Under the pieces are notes generated by a model. The model was not told the DNA's origin and did no database searches. It saw nothing but the letters and a program-made list of their open reading frames with translations. This document shows, piece by piece, positions 30,441-41,246 of a stretch of DNA of 64,000 nt (the first letter of the stretch is position 1; every line of letters begins with the position of its first letter). The position numbers and the translations under genes are program-made. Location: IMG/VR virus record IMGVR_UViG_3300037419_002082, positions 1 through 64,000 of that record, one strand, 5' to 3'. The stretch comes from a virus.

Positions 30441-32168
30441 ATGTATAATGGTATTAAAAGCATAAAAGATGCAGTGGATAAAGCAATAAAAAATATTAGA
30501 AATGCTGCAATTGGTAAAGTTTCCTCTGTATTGACATCTAATAAAACAGCATATGTACAAATTTCAGAGGAAGAAGAGTTAAGGGATGTAAAACTTATTT
30601 CACCTTATGGGTTTCATTCTTTACCAATTAATGGAGTAGACGGTCAATTATTATTTAATGGTAATTCATCTAAAAAAGCTTCACTTATTGGAATAGAGCA
30701 TACATCTATTCCAGAACAATTAAACCCTGGTGAAGCTATTTTTTATGGAGCTTCTGGCTCGTATATTTTACTAAAAGATGGTAAGATTAAATTAGTAGGA
30801 GGATTAGAAATTAATGGAAACATTTTAGATGTTAATACTACAGCATCAAATTTATTACAAGAGCAAATTAATACATTAAAAAATGAAATTAGTGATTTGA
30901 AGAAAAATGGCGGAGGTAGTGATATGCCGTTAATGGTAGTAGAAAGTGAATGGGAAGGCAGCGGTAATACAACACGTACCTTTGCTAATCCAGTAATGGG
31001 AATTTCAATTATAAATACAGGCTCTTCATCTCTGACAGTTTCTATTTTGGATAAGACAATTATTGTAGATGCTGGAGAATCTTTTAATAATTTATTTAAA
31101 CCTTTTACATCTTTATCAATAACAACAACTAGTACTTATAAAGTTCTTGTAACACTGCCATATAATATAGTTGTTACTCCTCCACCTCCAGATACAACTG
31201 CACCAACAGTAAGCATTTCACCTGCAGCTGGAACATATACATCTGCTCAATCTGTAGAGCTTACAGCTAATGAGGCTGCGACAATTTATTATACGTTAGA
31301 TGGTTCTAACCCAACTACATCAAGTAATGTGTATAGTGGACCAATTTCATTAAACTCTAATACTACAATTAAATATTTTGCAAAAGACACTGCTGGAAAT
31401 CAAAGCACTGTTCAAACTGCTGCTTATACAATTAATATACCAGCAGATACAACTCCACCAGTAGTTACAGTAAGTCCTGCTGCAGGAACATTTAGTAGTG
31501 CTCAATCAGTAACACTTAGTGCAAATGAAACGGCAACCATTTACTATACATTAGATGGCAGTACACCAACAACTTCTAGCTCAGTTTACAGTTCGCCTAT
31601 TTCGATTAGTGCAACTACAACCCTAAAGTATTTTGGAAGAGATACAGCAGGAAATTCCAGTGCTGTACAGACTGCTGTTTATACAATTAATATTCCATCA
31701 ACTCCATTCTATCTTGCAAATCAATCTGGAACAATTAATTGGAGTCAAAATACAGGGACTCGTGGCGGTGGTGTAAAAGCCTTAAAAAATATGACAATTA
31801 CTGGTATTGGAGCAAAAGGTGGAGCAACTGGAACATGGAGCTTATGGCAACTGGATAACACAACTTATAATATTACAACTAAATTAGCAGAAGGTACAAC
31901 TCTTGCAGCTCCAGATGGAAGCGGATATAGAATTGCAAATGGTTTAAATATTTCTATTAATGCTAATGATAACTTCTTGTTATGTTTCCAATATGCAACA
32001 GGTATTGATGCTAGTGGAACATATCGTTTCCAAACAGGTTCATCAGCTAATGCGGATTCATCATTTACATGGAATAATCGCATTATTGCAGCTGCTGATG
32101 GTACTCCTATTGCAGGCCATACGACAGATACAGGCTATACGTATGATTTAGTTATTTATCATACTTAG
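30441..32168 (+). CDS. Baseplate spike (Mu gp45-like) fused to two chitobiase/beta-hexosaminidase-C-like Ig domains
   Basis: 'PYGFHSLP', 'LNPGE' N-terminus; two 'DTT.P...SPAAGT...TIYYTLDGS.PT' repeats. Confidence 0.75.
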   Translation: MYNGIKSIKDAVDKAIKNIRNAAIGKVSSVLTSNKTAYVQISEEEELRDVKLISPYGFHSLPINGVDGQLLFNGNSSKKASLIGIEHTSIPEQLNPGEAIFYGASGSYILLKDGKIKLVGGLEINGNILDVNTTASNLLQEQINTLKNEISDLKKNGGGSDMPLMVVESEWEGSGNTTRTFANPVMGISIINTGSSSLTVSILDKTIIVDAGESFNNLFKPFTSLSITTTSTYKVLVTLPYNIVVTPPPPDTTAPTVSISPAAGTYTSAQSVELTANEAATIYYTLDGSNPTTSSNVYSGPISLNSNTTIKYFAKDTAGNQSTVQTAAYTINIPADTTPPVVTVSPAAGTFSSAQSVTLSANETATIYYTLDGSTPTTSSSVYSSPISISATTTLKYFGRDTAGNSSAVQTAVYTINIPSTPFYLANQSGTINWSQNTGTRGGGVKALKNMTITGIGAKGGATGTWSLWQLDNTTYNITTKLAEGTTLAAPDGSGYRIANGLNISINANDNFLLCFQYATGIDASGTYRFQTGSSANADSSFTWNNRIIAAADGTPIAGHTTDTGYTYDLVIYHT

Positions 32169-32180
32169 GAGGCATAAAAT

Positions 32181-32975
32181 ATGTGGATACCAAAAAAACA
32201 GGGGTCGCAAGTTGACCCTAATTCCCATACTCATAGCAATAAAATAATATTAGATGCATTAGGAGATTCAGGTGGAAAATTAACATATAATGGTTCACAA
32301 GTAGATACTACTTCTAGTGGTGGCGGAACCTATGTCGATAAACTTAATGGAAAAGTTATTGGAATGATTGGTTCAAGTTCTATGCAAAAAGGAGATGGCA
32401 CAGAACCAGGAGCTCCTAAAAAGTTTTGGCAGTATATCCAAGATAGAACAGGATTTATGGATAATTGTAAAGCAAAAGGTGGAACATTACTAACATCTAC
32501 AAGCAATCCAACTGCTCCAGAAAATGATACTAATTCACAATTTAATCAATTATCATCTTTACCATCTACAGGAATTGATATGATTGTATGTCAATTATTA
32601 GCAAATGACGATAACACAAGTGCTAGTTTAGGAACATGGACAGATACTACAGCAGCTACAGTTTATGGGGCTTTGCATATGTTTGCACAAAGGTTATATG
32701 CAAAATACCCAACGCAACCAATTGGATGGATGAGTTCTCAATATCGCGGAAATCAAACAGCAGAAACAAGTGCATATCAGGATGCATTAGAAAGAGTAGC
32801 AGCTTATTATGGAATACCATTTATAAATTTAAGTAAAAATGGGCGTACACCATATAATATATCATCATGGAAATCCGTATATGTAGTGGATCCGCCTTAT
32901 CATTTAGGTAATGCTGGTAACTTAATATTGTCATATTCTGCTGAATCATTTTTCCGTAAATTAATTGGAGGATAA
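32181..32975 (+). CDS. SGNH/GDSL hydrolase (esterase) tail-associated protein
   Basis: 'IGSS', 'LLAND', 'DPPYHL' SGNH blocks. Confidence 0.7.
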   Translation: MWIPKKQGSQVDPNSHTHSNKIILDALGDSGGKLTYNGSQVDTTSSGGGTYVDKLNGKVIGMIGSSSMQKGDGTEPGAPKKFWQYIQDRTGFMDNCKAKGGTLLTSTSNPTAPENDTNSQFNQLSSLPSTGIDMIVCQLLANDDNTSASLGTWTDTTAATVYGALHMFAQRLYAKYPTQPIGWMSSQYRGNQTAETSAYQDALERVAAYYGIPFINLSKNGRTPYNISSWKSVYVVDPPYHLGNAGNLILSYSAESFFRKLIGG

Positions 32976-32976
32976 T

Positions 32977-33315
32977 ATGAAAACTTTAAAAATTGTTAAT
33001 GGTGATTTAGTTCTTGATTCTCTCGGAAGATTAGATTTTGTTAGCGATAGAGATTTACTAATTCAATCATTAGACTTAAGATTAAAAACAGTAAAAGGTG
33101 AACTCTTTTATAATAATGAATATGGAAGACAGCACTTTAAAGGTAAATATAGTAAAGAAGCTGTTTTATCATTATTACAAGATTGTTTATTAGACGATGA
33201 AAGAGTATTAAATGTTCAAATAATTGAATTTGATATAAAAGGTAGCCAATTAGATATTGCAGTATCAATTAATTTAAAAACAGACGAAACTTTAGATGTA
33301 AATTTCCTTATTTAA
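32977..33315 (+). CDS. Baseplate wedge gp25/DUF2634-like protein
   Basis: 'L.T.KGE...N.EYG' and 'L.DERV'. Confidence 0.75.
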   Translation: MKTLKIVNGDLVLDSLGRLDFVSDRDLLIQSLDLRLKTVKGELFYNNEYGRQHFKGKYSKEAVLSLLQDCLLDDERVLNVQIIEFDIKGSQLDIAVSINLKTDETLDVNFLI

Positions 33316-33331
33316 AAAGGAGGATTAAAAA

Positions 33332-34408
33332 ATGGCATTTGAATTTAAAGATAAAGAACAATTAGTAAATGATGTTACAGCATCTATATTGGATAAGTTG
33401 CCAGATATAGATTTTTCTGATGGAGAGCCATTAAAAACAATAGTTGAAGCAATTATGAATGAGTTAGATTTACAATATTGGCAGCTAGAACAAGTATATG
33501 AAAATTCTTTTATTGACACAGCAATAGATGAAGATTTATCTAATTTAGTTAAAATATTAGGCATTTCAAGATTAGAAGCTGTAAGCTCAGAAGGAAAAGT
33601 TAAATTTTTTAGAGAAACTCCAGCAACTTTAGATTATACTATTCCAGCAGGAACTTTAGTAGAAACACTTCCTGATAGCAATGGCGATATAATTCGTTTT
33701 GAAACAAAACAAAACGTAGTATTATTAACAGGTCAAACACAAGTATATGCGGATGTAAAAGCAGTGGAACCTGGTGCTAAATCTAATGTTACTTTTAATA
33801 AAATTATGATTATTAACAATCCACCTATTGGAATAGAATCCGTTATTAATGATGAAGCAATTATTGGAGGAGAAGATGCAGAAACAGATGAAGTATTAAG
33901 AGAAAGGGCAAAAACTGCATTAGAATCATCTGGATTAGGAACTATTAATGCCATAACAAATAAAATTGCAAATACAGCTGGAGTAAAATCCGTTAGTATT
34001 TCAGATATGGCAAGAGGAATAGGGACAATGGATATTTTAGTATTAGGTGATTCATTACCAATGCCTTCTTCTAAAATAACAGAATTAAATGATATTGTAC
34101 AAAATATTAAAGCTGGTGGAGTAGACTTTAAAATAATAGAGCCTACAGCATTGCCTACAAATATAACAATGTCACTAACATTAATGCCTGGAAGCGTTAT
34201 TGCTGATGTTAGTACTGTAGTAAATACTGCAATTGCTAATTATTTTAACTCATTACAAATTGGAGAATCTTTTATTAAAAATCAATTGGCAAGAGAAGTC
34301 TTAAATACCTCTGATAAAATTGTAGATATTTCAATTACTGTACCTGCTGCAAACGTTACTGCAACATCTAATCAAATTATTACACTTGGAACAACTACTT
34401 TAAGTTAG
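33332..34408 (+). CDS. Baseplate J-like protein
   Basis: 'IPAGT', 'GG.DAETDE.LR.R'. Confidence 0.88.
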   Translation: MAFEFKDKEQLVNDVTASILDKLPDIDFSDGEPLKTIVEAIMNELDLQYWQLEQVYENSFIDTAIDEDLSNLVKILGISRLEAVSSEGKVKFFRETPATLDYTIPAGTLVETLPDSNGDIIRFETKQNVVLLTGQTQVYADVKAVEPGAKSNVTFNKIMIINNPPIGIESVINDEAIIGGEDAETDEVLRERAKTALESSGLGTINAITNKIANTAGVKSVSISDMARGIGTMDILVLGDSLPMPSSKITELNDIVQNIKAGGVDFKIIEPTALPTNITMSLTLMPGSVIADVSTVVNTAIANYFNSLQIGESFIKNQLAREVLNTSDKIVDISITVPAANVTATSNQIITLGTTTLS

Positions 34409-34418
34409 GCGGTGTAAA

Positions 34419-35900
34419 ATGGATAAAATTAATTTTATACTGGATAATATGCCAGATTTATATAATAAAGAACAAGATAGCAATTTATATAAAATTTTAA
34501 ATGCAATAAGTAAAGAGTTAGATACTTTTGTATCAAATACAGAAGAAGTAAAGAAAGCTAAATTTGTTGATTTTGCAACATCATCAGATTTAGATAAAAT
34601 AGCATCTATCTTAAATCTAAAAAGATTTAACAATGAGAGTGATGATTCTTTTAGAAGTAGAATTAAATCCAGAGTTCCATCTTTTATAGGGGGTGGAACA
34701 ATTTCTGCTTTAAAGCAAGTAGTAAACAATTATCTTGGAGTAGAACCTACTATTATAGAGCATTATAAATCTGGAGAAGGGCATCCAGTTTTTAATAATG
34801 GTGTTTTAAATGGTTTAAATGTTTCTAAATTAGATGCAAGTAATATAGCTATAAAAGGTGGATATGCATATACTAAAGGAGCAAGATTTAGCTTAAATGA
34901 TTTAAATATACCAGTAACTCCTAGCGGTACACAATATGTTAAGTATAATTTAATTGCAGATGGCACATTAACTACTGCTAACTTTGTTAATAAAATTTCC
35001 GCTAGCTTAGTTGAAAACCCTCATATTTTAAAATATGGTCTTGGTTCAACAATTTTAGCTCCATCGGGATTTACAACTGAAGGAACACAAACACATTATG
35101 ATGGTACTAAAATTTTAGATAATTCTGTTTTTTCCGGTTCAACAAACACATCTGGTTCAATAAGACAAATATTATATTCATTTAATTTTATTGAGCAAAT
35201 AGAAAGAAATATTGGTAAAATTCCAGCATCAGATGTCGCTGGAAAAGTTGCATGGTTAAAAAGCAATATAAGTCAAGTTACAGTAAATTGGTATGGCTAT
35301 GGAAATGGTCCTTCAGGAAACAAAGCTTATTTTGCAGGATATTTAAATAATGGTACAACATGGACTGTTAAAAGCAATACTTCAACAACCCCTTCATTAA
35401 TATCTTGGACTACAACTAGCATTTCTAATCTTATTTTTTCAGATGGCTTTGCTAATTGGGTTGCATACACTGATGCATCGGATGGTACAATTACTTCTTC
35501 TATTTATACTGATTTTATAGAAGTAAAAATTTATTTAAAGCAAAATGCTTATGCAACAATAGAAGCAGATAATGCTGTAAAAGAAAATCAAATTTCATTA
35601 GCTAGTATTGATGCCAGCTTAAATCCAACTGATACAAGATTTATTTTAAATCCAGAACAACATGCTATTACTAATACAGCGTCAATAACAGTTCAAATAC
35701 CATTTAATTTTACATTAAGTAATATTCCATTAGAAAGTGTAAAAGATATTTTAAGAAATACAAAAGCTGCAGGGATAGCTTTATTAATAAATGTTATGGA
35801 AACCTATAATGATTACATTCAAGTTACAGATTTAGCTCATTCCTATTTTCTAATGGGATTCTCAGGGATAGGTGGAAATAATATCTTAGGGGGACAATAA
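34419..35900 (+). CDS. Baseplate wedge protein (gpI-like) with inserted domain
   Basis: 'LD.IA....R...ESDDSFRSRI....GGT' and 'KAAGI'. Confidence 0.7.
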   Translation: MDKINFILDNMPDLYNKEQDSNLYKILNAISKELDTFVSNTEEVKKAKFVDFATSSDLDKIASILNLKRFNNESDDSFRSRIKSRVPSFIGGGTISALKQVVNNYLGVEPTIIEHYKSGEGHPVFNNGVLNGLNVSKLDASNIAIKGGYAYTKGARFSLNDLNIPVTPSGTQYVKYNLIADGTLTTANFVNKISASLVENPHILKYGLGSTILAPSGFTTEGTQTHYDGTKILDNSVFSGSTNTSGSIRQILYSFNFIEQIERNIGKIPASDVAGKVAWLKSNISQVTVNWYGYGNGPSGNKAYFAGYLNNGTTWTVKSNTSTTPSLISWTTTSISNLIFSDGFANWVAYTDASDGTITSSIYTDFIEVKIYLKQNAYATIEADNAVKENQISLASIDASLNPTDTRFILNPEQHAITNTASITVQIPFNFTLSNIPLESVKDILRNTKAAGIALLINVMETYNDYIQVTDLAHSYFLMGFSGIGGNNILGGQ

Positions 35901-36349
35901 TGAATGATAAAGTTGGTATCAAAGGCTCATTAACCATCTTTAAATATGAAAAAGAAGAACTAATAGAAAAACATTATTTTGAAAACTTAATTACAGATGA
36001 TGGTTTAAATTACTTATTAAAATTAATAGGAAATGATGTTACTGGTGGAATTAATAAAATAGCTTTAGGAAGCGGTATTACAGCCCCTAATAAAACAAAT
36101 AAAACTTTAGCTAATAAAATTATATTATTAGATGTACAAAGAGATTATACTGTTCCAGGTAGAGTTAATTTCTTAGTTAATATTCCTGCTAATACATTTA
36201 CACAAATTACTAGTTTTAATGAGGCTGGATTAGTTAATAAAACAGCTACTACAGAAACTTTAATTACAAGATTAGTTTTTGGAACTACAGTTTTTCAAAA
36301 ACCAGAAAATTCCCTAAGCCTATTATACAGCTTAGAAGTAAGGGTGTGA
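35900..36349 (+). CDS. Tail fibre attachment/collar-like protein
   Basis: 'NLITDDG', 'IALGSG', 'NEAGL'. Confidence 0.65.
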   Translation: MNDKVGIKGSLTIFKYEKEELIEKHYFENLITDDGLNYLLKLIGNDVTGGINKIALGSGITAPNKTNKTLANKIILLDVQRDYTVPGRVNFLVNIPANTFTQITSFNEAGLVNKTATTETLITRLVFGTTVFQKPENSLSLLYSLEVRV

Positions 36350-36353
36350 ATAA

Positions 36354-39242
36354 ATGAATAAGAAAATATTTATTAAAAATAAACCATTTGATGTTAATGA
36401 TGCTAATGATATGCAAAATTGGTCGGAAAGTGCTTTAAAAAATACTATGGCATCTATTTATTCTTCTGGAATAGTAAGCGGTTTAAATGTTGTAACTAAA
36501 ACTGGTTTACAATTAACAGTAAATTTGGGTACTGCATTTAATTCTAACTATGACTTTATTAATGTAACAGCAAATCAAACAGTTACATTAGCAGCAGCAA
36601 ATGCTACTAATCCAAGATACGATAAGATTGTTATTTCTTATTCATCTAGTACAACAGATAATGTTGATACAACTAATATTTATGGCATGGGTACTTCATA
36701 TATTTATTCACAAAATAAATTGGATTCTTTCCAAATTCAAGTTGTTCAAGGTACACCTGCTGCATCTCCAGTAGTTCCTGCTACACCTGCTGGAAGTCTT
36801 GCATTAGCACAAGTTTTAGTTCCTGCTGCAGCATCATCTATTGTTACTGGTAATATTACAGATTTAAGAGTTTTTATTGCTATTAATAGTAATATTAATA
36901 GACCAGAGGTTGTATTTAGTGCAACTGCTCCAGCAGATACTAATGTATTATGGATAGATACTACAAATAATGTACCAAAAACTTATAAAAATAGCGTATG
37001 GACTATTTTAGATTCAAAAGATGCAGATACATTAGATGGTCAACATGGTTCTTATTATGCAACAGCTACACATAACCATGATACAACATATGCTAAAATT
37101 GGTGATGCATATACTAAAGCAGAATCTGATGGCAAATATCCAACTAAAGCAAATAATTTAAGCGATTTAGCAAATATTACTACAGCAAGAACAAATCTTG
37201 GATTAGGAACAGCAGCCACAAGAGCAGATACTTATTTTGCTTTAGCTGGACATAATCATGATGGAGTTTATACAAAAGGTGATTATGTATTAACAGTTGG
37301 AGGAACAGCCCCTACTGCAGATTCAAAAGCTGTTTGGTGGGATACTACAAATAATCTTATTAAAAGATATAATGGAACATCTTGGGTAGCTTTAAATGCC
37401 TCTGATGCTGCAACATTAGGTGGAGCAAGCAAAGGTACTAGTGCTAATAATGTATTACAATTAAATTCTTCTGGATTAGTCCCTGTAGCAAACTTACCTG
37501 TAGCAAGCGGAACAGCAAATGGCGCTATGAGTTCTACGGATAAATCAAAATTAGATGGCATTGCTTCTGGAGCAGAAGTAAATCAAAACGCTTTTACTAA
37601 TGTTTCTGCAGGTGGTTCAACATTAGTTGCAGATTCAAAATCAGATACTTTAACAATTAATGGTGGAACTAATGTAACTGTAACAGGAGATTCTACTACT
37701 GATACTGTTCTAATTTCCTTATCTAATAATGTTGAAACTACTACAGGCGCTCAAACAAAAGCTGATACTGCCTATAATAATGCAATTAATTGGGCTAAAT
37801 CTCTTGGATACGGTGATTTAATTTCTAAATTAACTAATGGTACAGACCTTAACACAGTTTATTCTTCAGGAAATTATTATGCAAACTCTACTACAACTAA
37901 TTCGCCAATAGCTTCACAAAATGGTGTACTTGAAGTTTTTCAATATAGTGGAACCACTACATTACAAAGATGGACTCACATGACTAATTCAGCAACTAAT
38001 AGAGTTTTTGTAAGATATGCAAGCTCTGGAACTTGGGGTTCATGGTATGAATTAGAAAATGTAGCAGGTGCACAAAGTAAAGCAGATACTGCAGAAGCAA
38101 ATGCTACTAACTTTGCTAAAAGCTATGGATTAGGCACAATGGCTAAGAGAATAACTGGCGGAGATATGAATAACTTTACTACAGAAAGTGGATTCTATTG
38201 GTTTGATACTACATCAACAAATACTCCAGTTGCTGGTAACGGATTTTATGTAATTATTAATGCATATAGTACTTCTCCAGGTGCAGTAACTCAGACAGCA
38301 ATATTGAGTGGAACAGTAAATAGAATGTTTTTTAGAAGGGCATCAGGCGGAATATTTAATGCATGGTCTGAAATAGAAACAACTACTGGAGCACAAAGTA
38401 AAGCAGATACTGCAGAAGCAAATGCTAAAGCAGCATCAACGCCTTCATCTCACGTTGGAACAGGTGGTAGTGCTCATGCTAACGTAGTAGCTGGTGGAGC
38501 AGCAGGTTTTATGACAGGGGCAGATAAAACAAAATTAGATGGAATTGCTACTGGTGCTAATAATTATACTCATCCAACTGGCGATGGTAATTTACATGTT
38601 CCAGCAACTGGCACTTCAAATAATGCTAAAGTTCTTAAAGCAGGTTCTGCAGCAGGTTCATTATCTTGGTCTTCTGTTAATGCATCAGAAGTTGTAACAG
38701 ATTCTAATAACCGTTTTGTATCGGATGCTGATAAGACAAAATTAAATGGTATTGCAGCAGGTGCTGAAGTTAATCAAAATACTTTTAGTAATGTTAAAGT
38801 AGGAGCAACTACAATTGCTGCTGATACTGAAACAGATACTCTTGAATTAGTTGCAGGTACTAATGTTGTTCTTACTCCTGATGCTACAAATGATAAGGTA
38901 ACAATTGCTTTATCATCTTCTGTTGAAACTACTACAGGCTCACAGGCAAAAGTAGATACAGCTATTGCTGCACTTCCAAAAATGGTAGCAGGTACTTTTG
39001 GTACCTTCTCACTTAGTGCAGGTGCACAGGTTGATAAAGTTATTAATTACCCAGCAGGAAAATTCTCAGCAATACCTTCTTTGACTTATAGCATTTTCAA
39101 TGCAGATGTAGAAGGAGCCTATACAACGGCTTCCAGTATTATTGCTGCCCCAGATGAAACAACTGCTACCATCCGCATCAAAAATAAAGGCACAACCCTT
39201 CAATATTATATTCTTAATTGGCATGCAATAGAAATAAAATAG
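36354..39242 (+). CDS. Tail fibre protein
   Basis: 'NPRYD', 'DADTLDG', 'ARTNLGLG', 'DK.KLDGI' repeats and duplicated knob-like domains. Confidence 0.85.
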   Translation: MNKKIFIKNKPFDVNDANDMQNWSESALKNTMASIYSSGIVSGLNVVTKTGLQLTVNLGTAFNSNYDFINVTANQTVTLAAANATNPRYDKIVISYSSSTTDNVDTTNIYGMGTSYIYSQNKLDSFQIQVVQGTPAASPVVPATPAGSLALAQVLVPAAASSIVTGNITDLRVFIAINSNINRPEVVFSATAPADTNVLWIDTTNNVPKTYKNSVWTILDSKDADTLDGQHGSYYATATHNHDTTYAKIGDAYTKAESDGKYPTKANNLSDLANITTARTNLGLGTAATRADTYFALAGHNHDGVYTKGDYVLTVGGTAPTADSKAVWWDTTNNLIKRYNGTSWVALNASDAATLGGASKGTSANNVLQLNSSGLVPVANLPVASGTANGAMSSTDKSKLDGIASGAEVNQNAFTNVSAGGSTLVADSKSDTLTINGGTNVTVTGDSTTDTVLISLSNNVETTTGAQTKADTAYNNAINWAKSLGYGDLISKLTNGTDLNTVYSSGNYYANSTTTNSPIASQNGVLEVFQYSGTTTLQRWTHMTNSATNRVFVRYASSGTWGSWYELENVAGAQSKADTAEANATNFAKSYGLGTMAKRITGGDMNNFTTESGFYWFDTTSTNTPVAGNGFYVIINAYSTSPGAVTQTAILSGTVNRMFFRRASGGIFNAWSEIETTTGAQSKADTAEANAKAASTPSSHVGTGGSAHANVVAGGAAGFMTGADKTKLDGIATGANNYTHPTGDGNLHVPATGTSNNAKVLKAGSAAGSLSWSSVNASEVVTDSNNRFVSDADKTKLNGIAAGAEVNQNTFSNVKVGATTIAADTETDTLELVAGTNVVLTPDATNDKVTIALSSSVETTTGSQAKVDTAIAALPKMVAGTFGTFSLSAGAQVDKVINYPAGKFSAIPSLTYSIFNADVEGAYTTASSIIAAPDETTATIRIKNKGTTLQYYILNWHAIEIK
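38070..38427 (+). repeat. Exact 37-bp direct repeat within the tail fibre gene (38070-38106 and 38391-38427)
   Basis: GCACAAAGTAAAGCAGATACTGCAGAAGCAAATGCTA occurs twice. Confidence 0.85.
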
Positions 39243-39253
39243 TTTTTATTTTA

Positions 39254-39283
39254 AAAATAACTCTAATAAGAGTTATTTTTTTT
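39254..39283 (+). terminator. Intrinsic terminator
   Basis: AAAATAACTCT-AATA-AGAGTTATTTT followed by a T-run. Confidence 0.65.
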
Positions 39284-39344
39284 GTTTTTAAATGGCAAAA
39301 AATGTAAATAATTAGAATGATTTATAATCAAGGTGGTGAAGTAA

Positions 39345-39782
39345 ATGTTGTATCAAATTTTAGCATTAACTAAGCAGCAAGCATTTCTAAGCAGTTTAAT
39401 TACACTGCTAGTATATGTATATGGATTAGTTAGTACACCTCTTTTTTGGATTCTTGTATTTTTTTCGGCAATTGATTTCATTTTAGGAGTATATGCTGCT
39501 TGGAGAAGTAAAAAATTAAATTGGGATAAGTGCTTAGATGGGATTGCTAATAAGGTTTTCATCGGCATAATTATCTTCATGTCAGCTCTAATAGATTTTG
39601 CTTTAACTTACTTTGGTATAAATACTAGAGGAATTTTTCATAATTTTATTATGGCTGCATTATTAACAAGAGAGTTGGGCAGTACAATTAAAAATGCTAA
39701 TAAAGCTAAACTATGGATTCCTAAAATGATTAAGGAAGCCCATAAGAAACTATCCCAACTTAGTAAGGAGGATAAAAAATAA
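39345..39782 (+). CDS. Holin (phage holin family 4-like)
   Basis: Transmembrane segments; 'IDFILG', 'ELGSTIKN', 'IP'. Confidence 0.8.
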   Translation: MLYQILALTKQQAFLSSLITLLVYVYGLVSTPLFWILVFFSAIDFILGVYAAWRSKKLNWDKCLDGIANKVFIGIIIFMSALIDFALTYFGINTRGIFHNFIMAALLTRELGSTIKNANKAKLWIPKMIKEAHKKLSQLSKEDKK

Positions 39783-40636
39783 TGGTAAAAGTTGCGTTAA
39801 GTTATGGTCATGGCGCTAACACATATGAAACTAAGCATTCAAAGTTTGTTGTAGTTAATGGAAAAGTTTATGAAGAGCATACACATAACTGGCAAGTAGG
39901 TGTACGTGTTAGAGATATCCTAAAAGCTCATGGAGTAGAAATTTTAGAATTACAACCACCTAATGGTAATGATGTACCTCTTCAAACAAGAACAGATAAA
40001 GCAAATGCATGGAAGGCAGACTTATATTGGTCTATCCATTCAAATGCTGGTGCTGCATCTGCAAAAGGTTGGTGTGGCTTTTATTGGAAAGGTTCTGCAA
40101 GTGGAGAGAAAGCAGCAAAGTTATATGCAAAGAATGTTGCAGCACTTGGTCTTCCACTTTATTCTGGTGATGGTATTTATCCATCAGAAAAAGGAACATG
40201 GTCTGATTTCCATGAACTAAGGGAATCACATATGCCTGCTGTATTAACAGAAAATGGTTTTATGACTAATGCTGAAGATTTTAAGTATATCTTTGAAAAC
40301 AAAGATGGGTACTATGATAAAGTAGCAGTTGCACATGCAAAAGCTATTTTAGAATATTTTGGTATTGCTTATAAAGCACCTGCTGCACCTGTAATATCAA
40401 AACCTGCTACTCCAACTAATAAAGAGGGCTGGGTGAAAGAAGATTCTATATGGTATTTTTATAAAGATGGCGAGAAATTCAAAGGCGGCTGGTTACAAGA
40501 TAAAGGTAAATGGTATTATTTAGAGCCATCTGCTGGAAGAATGGTTGTTGGCCATCAAATAATTGGAAATAAACCATACCATTTTGAAGAATCTGGAGCA
40601 CTAATTATTACAAATGAGGACGGAGTGATTCAATAA
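39782..40636 (+). CDS. Endolysin: N-acetylmuramoyl-L-alanine amidase (Amidase_3) with cell-wall-binding repeats
   Basis: 'GHG', 'SIHSNA', 'PAVLTENGFMTN'; WYY repeats. Confidence 0.9.
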   Translation: MVKVALSYGHGANTYETKHSKFVVVNGKVYEEHTHNWQVGVRVRDILKAHGVEILELQPPNGNDVPLQTRTDKANAWKADLYWSIHSNAGAASAKGWCGFYWKGSASGEKAAKLYAKNVAALGLPLYSGDGIYPSEKGTWSDFHELRESHMPAVLTENGFMTNAEDFKYIFENKDGYYDKVAVAHAKAILEYFGIAYKAPAAPVISKPATPTNKEGWVKEDSIWYFYKDGEKFKGGWLQDKGKWYYLEPSAGRMVVGHQIIGNKPYHFEESGALIITNEDGVIQ

Positions 40637-40881
40637 TGGAAGCATTATTAGTTTTAATGACAGTGCTTGTTCCAATTATTATGGGCTTAGATGAAATATT
40701 GAAAACTTATATTCCTGAAAAATTCCATAAACTTATTCCAATTATTGTTGGATTAGTTCTTGCACCATTTGGAGGAACTTTTGCACCAGGATTATCAATG
40801 GCTCAAATGGTATGGGCTGGGTTTTTAGCTGGAATGGCAGCAGGTGGTTCATATAAGCCAACATTAACTAAGAAGGATTAA
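40636..40881 (+). CDS. Second small holin-like membrane protein
   Basis: Three hydrophobic segments; 'AG..AG..A.G.Y'. Confidence 0.7.
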   Translation: MEALLVLMTVLVPIIMGLDEILKTYIPEKFHKLIPIIVGLVLAPFGGTFAPGLSMAQMVWAGFLAGMAAGGSYKPTLTKKD

Positions 40882-40897
40882 TTCCTTCTTTTTTTTT
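40870..40897 (+). terminator. Intrinsic terminator ending the lysis cassette
   Basis: AAGAAGGA-TTAAT-TCCTTCTT followed by a T-run. Confidence 0.75.
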
Positions 40898-41032
40898 ATG
40901 GAAATATTTTCTATAACATTGTGATATCATATATAATATAATAAATATATAACTAAGTGATTAGAGGTGTAATTTATGGGGAATATTGGAAATATAATAA
41001 TTATATATGATATGAAAAGAGATGATTAGCGT

Positions 41033-41191
41033 ATGATAAATAAAAAGCAAAGTAATTATAGCGATTTATTAAATGCAATAAAAAATCATAGCATAGATGA
41101 AAATTACAAACCTAGAAAATATAATTTTGGACTTAAAGATTTTGATGAGAAAGGGAATGAAAAAAAGAGAGAGCCAAAGACTCCCTCATAG
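41033..41191 (+). CDS. Small hypothetical protein (52 aa)
   Basis: MINKKQSNY... ORF downstream of a promoter-like sequence; below the ORF-track cutoff. Confidence 0.35.
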   Translation: MINKKQSNYSDLLNAIKNHSIDENYKPRKYNFGLKDFDEKGNEKKREPKTPS

Positions 41192-41246
41192 ACCTGAGTG
41201 TTACGATATTAACATAGAAATTGATTTAAAATTTATCTAGAGTATT

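Noticed and set aside
36354-39242. Diversity-generating retroelement or invertible tail-fibre cassette
   Set aside because: No reverse transcriptase, no adenine-variant TR/VR pair and no invertase in the window.
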